A stretch of 63,126 nucleotides of DNA, the filler included, from Intoshia linei (Eukaryota; Animalia; Orthonectida), in NCBI GenBank assembly GCA_001642005.1. It is 6 parts of 6 records of this genome, joined end to end, with 100 filler letters (N's around TTAATTAATTAA, not from the genome) between each part and the next. Parts side by side here need not be neighbours in the genome. Positions count along the whole stretch, not along the records: positions 51,009 to 61,290 come from LWCA01001285.1; positions 61,391 to 63,126 come from LWCA01002514.1; 4 more parts are not named here. One strand, given 5' to 3'. The notes beneath the pieces were generated by a model. That model saw nothing but the letters and a program-made list of their open reading frames with translations. It had not been told where the DNA came from and ran no database searches. The stretch's first letter is position 1, and the number at the start of each line of letters is the position of its first letter. Below, piece after piece: positions 52,160 through 63,126 of this stretch. The translations under genes were made by a program, and so were the position numbers.

Positions 52160-53669
52160 TTACGATCCCAAGTTTGTGTTAGGGTTAAATTTCATTAAAG
52201 GCTGTTAATTATTAAGTTAAATTAAATTAAATACAACAAAAAATACCAAAAATATTTTTAAATGCTTAATGCAATTTTCGTTAGTAACATCTCCAACAAT
52301 ACACTCTGAAGAATCTTTAGATATAAAATATACAAGTGGCGTACATATAACTGAATCTAAATTAAAATTATAAACCCCTGAAAAAAAGCTAAATTAGTGA
52401 TCCCCAAAAATCGATTAACAAATGTTAAAAAATGAATAAATAATATTTCAATTGGACAACAATTTAGTACTTTAAATTTTCTTCTAAGTATATATACGAA
52501 AAAGGTATTTATCTACAAGAAAAAAATTGCTTCACAATAATATTAATCAAGTAGATTCAGATAGTTTCAAAATATAAAAAAACAAATAAACGCCTCGATA
52601 TCCTTACCTATATAATATTCTGTTTGTCTGTGTTATCGTTTATTTCGATAACTACCAGTCTTATAATTTTATTACAGTTTTTTACGGGTCAAAAACCCCA
52701 ATTGTTCTTTTTTTGAAAATCAAACCAGTTGGAGAATTTAAAAAAATATATCTTCATAACCAAAACTTCAAATTACGTTTTATTGAATACAGCCCTAGAA
52801 TTAAAAACATTTACAGATGTGCAGTTGTATCCTGTTAACACACAAAAAATTTCAATCTGAATAAGTGACGCCTTCACGGTTTTATTTGAAAAAGCTAATG
52901 GTTAAAAAAGCATTTTAGTATTCATATATTTTTTTCCGAAATATTTTATTAACACAAAAAATGTGAAATAATTAACGGTCCGAAAATTAAAAAAAAAATT
53001 ATTCTGATAGAGCTTATTCCAGTTGATATAAATACAAAATTTCAACCCCAGAAAACTACGCATTCCCAGTGAAAAATAATTTTTAATATATTATCAAGCA
53101 ATATTTTTCAAATATTTCGATTAAAATAAAATTTGAAAATGTAAATATTGATCCTACAATTTCAAAAAAAGTGTGCATTGAACACATTATATAAATAAAT
53201 ATGGGTGAAAATCTATATAATTCATTCCTTCAATTTTTTTCATTGCATGGAAATCACTAAACTAACTTATAATTTGTAATGGATAATTTAATTAATTCCA
53301 ATAAAATATTAAAAAATTGGCTTATACAAGTGTTTAGAAACACTACTATATTTTTAAAAAAATATTAATAAATTACACAATTTGCTAAATTTTTTGCATT
53401 CATCACTAAAAAAAATTTTACTTTAATATAAAGATATAAACCTGTAATAATCGTATTTTAAAAATTTAAAATTAAATTTTTGAGAAATTTGGGTATAAAA
53501 AGAATTTGAAAAGATTAAATCAATCAAATCCATACAATCATGGTCTAAATAAAACAAATCAATGTCATTAATTAAATAATGATAAATGTTAAACTTATGT
53601 ACCATAAACGACAACAACATTGCACCTTGTTAATTCTGAATCAAGTTCAATATCTCGACACCAATTCAT
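52160..53669 (-). CDS. Putative orphan multi-exon gene, divergent from the P4-ATPase
   Basis: ATG at 53669 gives MNWCRDIELDSELTRCNVVVVY, spliced in phase to DHDCMDLIDLIF...; a distal exon reads VYNFNLDSVICTPLVYFISKDSSECIVGDVTNENCIKHL. Middle junctions are not resolved. Confidence 0.4.
52601..53232 (+). mobile_element. Helitron-like family copy, 5' and middle portion
   Basis: A|TCCTTACCTATATAATAT start; colinear with the 29262 copy. Confidence 0.75.
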
Positions 53670-53878
53670 TATTGTATAAAATGTTAAAAATTGGAAAATT
53701 ATCAAATTATCAAATACAAACAAACAAGGTATAAGCGAATACAAAATTAATGAAATAATACAAAGAATTGAGAATTATTCGTAAAAATTTGAAATAAACT
53801 TGAGAAATAAAATCACTACGTTGCCTATAAACAAAATTAAAATAATACAATACATTTATTTACATCGTTACATTGTCA

Positions 53879-56800
53879 ATGCGAAAAAGTCCACAAAGGA
53901 ATGTATCTATAGGCTCACATTTTGTGGGGTCCTCCTTGCCGCAAACTGGATCAAATTATCGAACAGTTTTAACAAACCAAACATTAAAAAACGAAAAGAT
54001 AAATTTTGCCAATAATAGCACAAAAACAACTAAATATACATTTGTAAATTTTTTACCTAAAAATTTATTTATCCAATTGAAAAAACCTTCCAATATTTTT
54101 TTTACAATATTGGTTATTATTCAGACTATACCAGATTTAAGAATAATTCATCCACTAGTAACTGCTATTCCATTAATAAGTGTTTTGATGACATCCATGA
54201 TTAAGGAAGCTTATGACGATTTTTATAGACACAAACGGGATAAAGTTTTAAATTGCCAAATGTGTTATTTGATTAAATGTAAATGCTTTAGTCTTATGAG
54301 GTATGATCAAATTCACGTGGGTGACATTGTATTTTTACAAAACGGATCGTTTGTTATGGCAGATTTACTAATTTTGTCTTCCAGTGAACCTTGTGGTCTA
54401 GCGTATATTGATACCAATAAACTGGATGGAGAAACGAATTTAAAATTGAAAAGTGCTTTGGCGGAAACAAATGTTATGGAGGACGATTTGACTCAACTGT
54501 CAAATTTTAAATCTGCTATAACTTGTGAAATGCCCAATAACAATATTGGCGCCTGGAACGGTAGAATCAATTTTAATAATGTTACTTATGCTATTAATCT
54601 TGGTCAATTCATTATGCGTGGAAGTTATATAAAAAATACCGAATGGATTTGTGGTGTCGTTATTTATACCGGAAACGAAACAAAATATCTAATGAATTCC
54701 CATCGTACCAAATTCAAAGTTACCCTTGTTGATACCATTTTTAAAAAATTTATCATTATTTTGCTAATTATAATATTTGTAATATCAATCTTTATTTCAA
54801 TCATGAATTCCATTTATACTAAAATCAATGAAAATTTTTTGGATTACATTTTAAATAGTTATGAAGAAAGAATAGCAGATGTCAATGATACTCTGGAAAA
54901 ATCTTTCATTTCTACCTTTAAAAACCAAATAACATCGTTTATTGTGAAAAGCTTTTTTACTGATATTTTACGCAACATTTTAATGTTAAATTACATGGTT
55001 CCGTTAGCCCTCTTTATTTCTATTGACATTGTTAAAGCCATCAATACTTATTGGATTACCTCTGATAATGACATGTATGATGCCAAGACTAATAAAAGAG
55101 CCACTTGTAACTCTTCTCACCTTTGTGACGATCTGGGCCAAGTTCAATACATTCTGAGTGATAAGACTGGAACCCTAACCCAAAACAAAATGAAATTTGC
55201 CTGTTTTCAGTGTGACGGTCATTTTTATGGTTGTACTAAATATAACTTAAAAATGGCTCTCAATGAAAATTTGAACAAGTCTAGTCATAGCCTCAACAAA
55301 TCCGACGATATGGACAATTTTGAATTTTATGATGATGCATTGTTTGGTCATATTTATATACCGGAAAAATTTAAGAAATTGAAATTAATGCTCTTAGCTA
55401 TGAGTACCTGTCATACTGTATTGACAATCAAGAGTGAATCTGAAACTGAAATGGGAATATCAAAGTTAAAGTACAATTCTCAATCTCCAGATGAAAATGC
55501 TTTTGTAATTGCTTCCAAAAAATTTGGATACACCTTTCTCAATAGAACTCAATCGACAATCACTATTAATGAATTGAACCATGTAAATACATATTATGTT
55601 TTAGCTATACTCGATTTTGATAACGAAAGAAAAGCCATGTCGGTCATATTATCAGCGTCCAATCCTTCCGAAAATTGCAATGAAATTTACATTTTCACTA
55701 AAGGGGCAGATTCGTATATACTCCCACGTTTAACACCACATGAAGATGTAGATGAGATTAATACTTATCTCGTAGATTTTTGTAATTTAGGTGTGCGAAC
55801 ATTAATGTTTGCCTATCAGAAATTATCTTACTCGTTTTTTCAAAATTGGTACAAAAGATACTCTAAAACCAACCGACAGGCTACTGACGATAGGCATAAA
55901 CGGTTAAGGTCTTTATATGAAGAAGTGGAATCCAATTTAATTTATTTAGGAATCACTGGTATTGAAGATTTATTACAAGAAAATGTTTTTAATACTATAA
56001 CAGATTTAAGCAATGAAGGAATTAAAATATGGATGGTTACTGGTGATAAGGAGGAAACTGCTCGAAATGTTGCATACAATTGCGGTATTATTCACCATGT
56101 TGGACGTTATTTAGCTGTGATTGATGGTAATAATCGAAATAAAGTAACTGATCAATTGCAATATTTGGATGGAGTTTTAAAGAAAAACAGAAAGCTTTAT
56201 AGAAAAAATTTACTCAAAAGGGCCATGATTTCTTCTCGCAGGTATAAATCTGAAGAATTTGTCTTGTTGGCGAGCAAAGAAGAGAAAAATGATGCTTCCA
56301 CCATTAGTTTACATGAAGATGAAAAGTATTCATTGGAAAATATTGAAGATGAAAATTTTGTCCAAGTTTCTCTCATTATTCATGGTCATTCTTTGACATA
56401 TGCTCTTAAACCCGTTAATGCCGAAATTTTTATTAAAATTGCGTGTAGTTGCCATAGTGTCATTTTTTGCCGTTGTGCTCCTCTTCAAAAAGCAAAAATT
56501 GTCAAATTACTCAAAAACAAAAATAAAATTGTACTTTCTATTGGTGACGGAGCTAATGATGTCCCTATGCTCAAAGGTACCTTTCAAAAAAAATTGTTAT
56601 AAAATAACTAAAAATGGCGAACATTCATTTGAGCGATACATCGTAGAGCAGTGGTTCCAAAAGTGGTCCACAGGAAATTATAGATAGTCTAAAAGAAACA
56701 TTTTAAATAAAATGAAAATACCTTTTTTTAACAATAATATTAAATTAGAATTGTATCGATCATTTATTATTATTAGTGAACGTAAACATAATTTTATTAA

Positions 56801-59800
56801 AATGAACTCAAATTTTACTGAATAACGTGAATAATTTTCACGTGCGTTAAATTTAATTTATGTAACAATTTAACTTAGTTCGATTGTAGTTTCCGGAATC
56901 GAACCTAGCAAACCCGTCGCCACTTCAAAAATGAAAAATAGCCCATTAAAAAATTTTGTAAACGAATTATAATGCATATAACCCTATCCACCTTTCTAAG
57001 ACTCTTGAGTTGACATTTTAAATTTAATACTCAAATTAGTTGATATTCAAGAATTTTTTTAATTAATCCATTGAAGCTACCTTGTCAAAATTAATGTAAA
57101 ATATTCGGAGGAATATTTAATAAAAAATCAAAATATTACCTTAGTAACATGTTCAGGATTAAGGGAATTTTTTTAAAAATTACACATATTTTTTCTTGTG
57201 ACAAGTGGTCCATGATGGAAAAAGTTTGGGAACCACTGTCTTAAAGCGATATAATTATTAATTAATTATTGAATTTTTGACCCAATTTTAAAAGATTTTG
57301 AAGATAATTTTGGGATAAAAGATTTATTATGGTATTTAATGCAACATTTTTTTTATATTTTGAAGATAATTTTGGTCTAAAATTTGGCAGAGTTTTAATT
57401 TAAAAGAGATTTTTTTCGACCATTTTTTAAAGATTTTGATGTTAATTGTTTAACAAAATTTAATAGAGTTTTTAAGGGAATATTTTTTTTACCCAATTTT
57501 TAAAAATTTTGAAGATGTTGAAATTGTAGGATTAAAGATTTATTATGGTTTTTAATGGAACATTTTTTTTTTTATTTTGAAGATAATTTTTAAGGGATTA
57601 TTTTTTTCGTTCAATTTTTAAAGATTTTGAAGATAATTTTTGACAAAAATTTAGTAGGGTTTTTAAGGGTATATTGTTATATTATTTTGGGATAAAAATT
57701 TGATAGTGTTTTTTAACGGAATATTTTATGGGATCTTCAAATTTTTCACAGCAAACCGGTAATACATTATAAATTTTATAACTGACGATTAAAGCGAAAT
57801 TACTAGGCAGCATTTAAAAAAAATAAAAAATTTTGATAAAAAACGTAATAAATTGACGTCTAATTAGTAAAAATTATTTCGCGGACCGGAATTTGGGAAA
57901 CAGTGTATGATATTATATATTGTTATTGAAAAATAATCTTGATTAAAATAATTGTATTCCTAATTATATTCGATCAAATGTACCAATTCGAAAAATATTT
58001 AAAAATTTTACATAAAAATAATATTGTCGTCTCTAATTTTTCGTTTTATACCTCATTTACTTTATTTAATATACTTGGAGGGTCGAGTGCGGTTGTTCAA
58101 TACAATTCTGATTTCTGACATGGTTATCAAAATATATATAACTAGCTTGGCTGTTTTGTACTACGAACGGACTTATCTGTTTTGGAAATGTGTAGATGTT
58201 TAATGCACTTTTTTTTAAATTGTAGGATCAATATTTTCAATTTTTATTTTAATCGAAATATTTGAAAAATATTGGTTGATAATATATTAAAAGTATATCA
58301 CCGGGAATGCGTAGATTTCTGGGGTTGCAATTGTGTATTTATATCAACTGGAATAAGCTCTATCAGAATAGTTTTAATTTTTGATCTGTTAATTATTTTC
58401 CATTTTTTGTTTTAATAGAATAGTTTTGAAACAAAAAAATATGAATACTAAAATAATTTTTTAACCGTGAAGGCGTCATTTATTCAGATTGAAATTTTTT
58501 GTGTGTGTTAACAGGATACAACTATATCACCGGTAAAATTTTTATAATTCTACGGCTGTTTTTATTAAAAAAAATGGATAATTTAGGGTTTTGGCCCTGG
58601 AAATATATTTTTTTAAATTCTCGAATTTGTTTGATTTTCAAAAAAAGGATAATTGGTGTTTTTGACTCATAAGATGTGAGTTTTGGAGGTTGAAATTTGT
58701 CTTACTTTCACCTCCGGAAAAAACTGTAATAGAACTGTGGACTTTATAAAATTCTAAAACTGGTAGTTATTGAAATAAACGATATCACACAGACAAGCAA
58801 AGCATTTTATATAAGTAGGATTATTAATTATAATCATTTAGCAGCAAATATTGGAGTAGGAATTGGAGGTGGAGAGCGCAGTCAAGCTTGTAATGAATCG
58901 GATTATTCCATAGCTCAATTCCAATTTCTGTCTAAACTTTTATTAGTCCATGGACGTTATTCTTATATGCGACTTTGCAAATTTATTTTCCATTTCCTAT
59001 TCAAAAATTTTTTAATTTCATGCATTCCGTTGTATCACGCTATGGCCTATAATTATGAACCTACGGTTTTCAAATCAATATATAATTTAATTTTAATTCA
59101 TTTAATTTAGGCTCTGTTTGAAGTTACTTATCTCACACTGTACAATATAATATTTACTGCTTTTCCCGTTATGATGTTGGCTATTTTTGAAAGTGTAAGT
59201 TTATGTTTTTTCAAATAATTTAAATTGGAGTACCATAATAATACTACTATTTACTTTTTGTATTACTAGAGATTAAAAATAGAATTGAGAAAATTTTAAA
59301 GATGGAAAAATATAATATAATTGTATTGATTAATTTAGGACACACTGCCGGGGCAATCAAATCGGCTGAATTGTTATTTTTGGGGACGAAAACATCGCCT
59401 TTTAAACAATAAAACATTTTTTCTAAATGTTTTGAAAGGATTTTCTACTTCATTCATCATCTTTATTATTCCATATTATGGACTTTACGGTGCTGTTGCT
59501 TCCGATGGTACATCTTTAAACTCTTCAGATATAATGGTGTTGCTATATTCGCACATTATAATGGTCGTTGTTACTATAAATGTAATTTAAAATAATGACT
59601 TATATTTATTAATTTAAAACTTAGATAATTTATGAGACTCGATATTGGAATATACTGAGTTTTGCCTCTGTAATATTTAGCTTGGTATCCTATTATTGTT
59701 TCGTCTGTATAATGTACCACAATAATTATTTTTCTGAAATGCATTCATATTCAACCAAAATGTTATTCTCAAACTCAATTTTTGCTCTAATCACAATATT

Positions 59801-60347
59801 GACAGTAATCCTCTCAACATTACCTGAAATATTTATTCGACAAGTTTACCCTACAATAGAAACCATGGTTGAAGAATACATTCTGAATATACCACGAAAG
59901 TATAGAGTTATACCAAATTTTATGAGAATGAAAATTAGCAAATTGTACGGTATGAGGGAGTCATTAAAGTTAAAGAAAAAGTTTGCCCAAGATAAAAAGA
60001 TTTTTAAGTCATTGGAAAAAATTGTAGAATTGGAAGAAGACTTGAAAGGTGATGTTACACCAGCTTCAGTGCGTCATGAAATATTTAAACGAACATCGCT
60101 GTATCGTAGTAAACTTGATAAATTGAATGCCAGACAATATCTTATGATTTCAAAATCTATTCCTGCAATCAATTCTCATGGTTTTGCGTTTGATCAAAGA
60201 ACAGGCTTCGGTAATTTAATTACTCGAGGTATTAGCGTTGTGGATCATAATGCATCGTGGAATCAAAACAATTCAAAAAATCATAGAAAATGTATTTCTT
60301 CTATTAGTCAGCAAATTAAAAAAAAAGATTATAATGACATGTTGTAA
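53879..60347 (+). CDS. P4-type ATPase (phospholipid flippase), ATP8B-like
   Basis: Motifs TTKYT..FLPKNL, SSSEP.GLAY, DGETNLK, DKTGTLT, SPDE, KGAD, TGDK, CRCAPLQK, GDGANDV, LLLVHGRYSY and C-terminal GFAF..GFGNLI. Exon 1 is 53879-56576, intron 56577-58841, followed by short exons to the TAA at 60347. Confidence 0.93.
56649..57238. mobile_element. hAT (Buster/Charlie-like) MITE in the flippase intron
   Basis: TIR CAGTGGTTCC(A/C)AAA; 8-bp flanks TCGTAGAG and TCTTAAAG (degenerate TSD with central TA). Related single ends occur near 4410, 17895, 22936, 24478 and 32134. Confidence 0.75.
57260..57730. repeat. Degenerate AT-rich tandem repeat
   Basis: Recurrent aatttttaaagattttgaagataatttt and tttttaaggga units. 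Confidence 0.6.
58142..58820 (-). mobile_element. Helitron-like family copy with both termini
   Basis: Minus strand reads A|TCCTACTTATATAAAATGC ... GTAGTACAAAACAGCCAAGCTAG|T; inserted between A and T with no TSD. Confidence 0.8.
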
Positions 60348-61390
60348 TTGTATATATATTTCAATCTTTTGCAGTACATGTATAGTGAAATGGTCACCTC
60401 AAAATTTCTTTTTACCATTTTTCTCATTTAATTGATTTTTTTAATATTATCTTGTATATTTCATATTTAAATTATTACTTTTTCTATTTCATGAAATTTA
60501 TTTTTTACTTTTAAATTAGCATCCATTTCCTAATTATTTTCAATGTATTTAATGAATGTTGTGTATCAATAATAATTATAATTAACAGATTCAGCACATT
60601 TAGCTCTGAGGACATGAGTAATAATATCGAATGAATGATGATAATATGATGAATAATATCGACGAATTGGAATATCATAGAAGCATGTGCGATAGTTAAT
60701 TATTTAAGTAAACAATCTAAAATTTATTGGCTTCTAATTTTTTCTCTAATTTAGCTGTAACACATTAAAGTACCTAAAAAGCAGACATTAATGCAAAAAA
60801 TGGCATGTTGTGTAATAAATACAATACAATTACACATAGCTTGTTTTAAATTTTACAACATACAGTCAAGCATATATACTAGTGCGCGTCACATAATTAG
60901 CATAAAATATTTTTTTTAATGTTGGATGAGTTAAGTGTATATAATTTTTGATATTGAAGATGAATCTACTAAATTATTTTTCCGTAATGTAGACATGTGC
61001 ATTTTCTATAACATATGTTTCCTAAAATTGTTCCTAATAGTTTTTCTGATAAATAATTATTAGAAGACCATAAAACATTTTAAAGACTTTTGAAAATCTG
61101 AAAGAAAATTCTAAAATAGATAAATTTAATAATGTATTTGTAGTGAATTATGATAATTCGACAATGATATGGGAATAACTGAAAAAAAAAATTGAAATGC
61201 TTGGATTATATCATAAAGTATTAAAAGGAGGTTATCGATTTAATAAAATTATAAATTAATCATTATATCATCTGAAAATAAAAGTTCTGANNNNNNNNNN
61301 NNNNNNNNNNNNNNNNNNNNNNNNNNNNNNNNNNTTAATTAATTAANNNNNNNNNNNNNNNNNNNNNNNNNNNNNNNNNNNNNNNNNNNN

Positions 61391-61945
61391 ACATGGTTTC
61401 AAATTTGTCGAAATTTCATTTCCAATTGTAATATCCGACTGGTCTATCAAAAGATTACCAGGTTCATCCACAAACGTTACATCCCTCGAAGTTATAATTC
61501 TCTTTGTCTCAAAATCGTTAATTGAATAGGCTAACTTACCGGGAGACAAACCGACAAATATGCCTCGTTTAGCAGTGACGTCCAATTTAAACCTGCTTTG
61601 TAATGGGATATACGTATATGCAGTACACCCAAAAATTTGTAACTATTTTAAATCTGCCTGTTTTTTGGTTGCCTTTTCAAAAGGTATTTTTTGTTTTGGA
61701 ATGCTGATGTAATGCAGCGATTTCTAATCAAGGCGGAATAAAGTACTGCATGTTCCCACCATGGCTTAGGTAAAGCTGAGTCTAAAAGCATTGTTCTCGC
61801 CATTTCCGTTAGCGTTCTGATTAATCTTTCTGCCACACTGTTTTGTGATGATGCTCCACGGCCCGTTATTTGGTGCTGGATGTCATTTGATTTTAAAAAT
61901 TCACTCAAATTGTTGTTTAGATACTCTGTGCCCTGATCAGTCCTT
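61391..61945 (-). mobile_element. Ty1/copia retrotransposon integrase fragment (degenerate)
   Basis: TDQGTEY, QNSVAERLIRTLTEMARTMLLDSALPKPWW, FGCTAY, AKRGIFVG and SRDVTF; frameshifted and cut by the gap. Confidence 0.88.
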
Positions 61946-62369
61946 TAAAGATTAATTATCATCCAAAATTAATCCGAATTTCAAGAATATATTAATTAAC
62001 ATCAAATAATGTCAAATCATGTAAGTATCAAATATTAAATCAAATTAATGTTAACGATTTCGAAATTTAATTTTAAAATGTTTCTTAAATCTGCAGGCCC
62101 CTTAGACTCTGTAAGCCCCTGGTGGAATCAAGTATCCCATTTTGGAACCACATTCGTTCTCCTTTGAGTTTCTCTTATTTATTTACGCAAATAATTGATA
62201 TAATTCAGATATAATGTATATATTTTTATTTAGCTTATTATTTTGTTTATCAGAAGTTCACAGTATATTTGGGTAATGTCAGAGGAAATACATTCGGTAA
62301 AAATCATGCAACATTCAATAAGTATAAGCATAGATCTTTTTGGCAATTTAGGTAATTATTTATATATAA

Positions 62370-63126
62370 CTAGCGTGACTGTTATCTACTACTTACTATC
62401 AGCACCTAGCTCTGCCGATGACACATTTTTATTCTACCAAAAAATAAATGCACATTGAAAATCTAACTTAAAAATCCTACTATTAACTATTATCAATCCT
62501 TTAAAGGAAAAAATAAATTCACGTTGAAAATCTAATTTAAAAATCCTACTATTCACTATTATCAATCCTTTAAAGGAGTGGTTCCCAAACTTGTTTCAGG
62601 TGAAACCTTCATATCACATTTCTTTTTACTTTAAAATGAATTATTCCATTGTAATGTTTTGTTTGTTAACATTTGCGTAAAGAATTTTAAAAACAGTCCA
62701 ATCCTAAAAATTGTCATAAATAGCATAAATTCCAGAAAAAGTAAAATTATAAAACCCTATTTTGTCATTTTCAATGTGATAATATATATTTAGTACCAAT
62801 TATGTATCAATAATTAACCGAATTTTCACTTTATAAACATATATCGTCGAATTTTACCAAATTTGCAAAGGATTGTAATAAATATAAAAATGATATTAAC
62901 AAAGTGGTTTTAGTTTCGTTATTTAGTTTCTATTTAAATTTTATTCAAAATGTTTTGGAAATGAGAATTTGAAATTTAAAAATTGCGAAGGAATGAATTA
63001 TATAGATTTCCACCTATATTTCTTTATTGAAATGTGTAGACGTTCACTGCACATTTTTTTTGAAATTGTAAAATCAATATTTACATTTTCAATGTTTATT
63101 TTAATCGAAATATTTGAAAAATATTG
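62370..63126 (-). mobile_element. Helitron-like family copy, 3' and middle portion, running off the window
   Basis: CTAG|T end at 62370; colinear with 4775-5225 and with the reverse complement of 2920-3336. Confidence 0.78.

Noticed and set aside
731-60347. Possible non-standard genetic code suggested by the fragmented ORFs
   Set aside because: Short GT-AG introns explain the breaks, and TAA, TAG and TGA all serve as normal stops in the reconstructed genes.

Overview
Very AT-rich eukaryotic (animal) genomic scaffold, joined across five artificial 100-nt gaps (N-TTAATTAATTAA-N). Genes have many ultra-short GT-AG introns (35-47 nt) plus a few long, transposon-filled ones. This pattern fits a compact parasite genome such as an orthonectid (inference only). 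Genes reconstructed by hand: IDH3B (-), a highly divergent CSL/Su(H) transcription factor (-), WDR49-like EF-hand/WD40 (-), a C3G/RAPGEF1-like RasGEF (-), a DysF-containing ferlin fragment (-) and an ATP8B-like P4-ATPase flippase (+). Several small spliced genes are missed by the ORF track, including an 87-aa single-pass membrane protein and an orphan gene head-to-head with the flippase. Non-coding DNA is dominated by a non-autonomous Helitron-like family (A|TC...hairpin-CTRR|T, at least 14 copies), with hAT, pogo/Tigger, Tc1/IS630, P-like, foldback and copia elements or relics. I see no clearly new multi-gene system. The best leads are an antisense ORF pair nested in an IDH3B intron, the small membrane protein convergent with the divergent CSL gene, the Helitron family, and the altered lipid-gate motif of the flippase.
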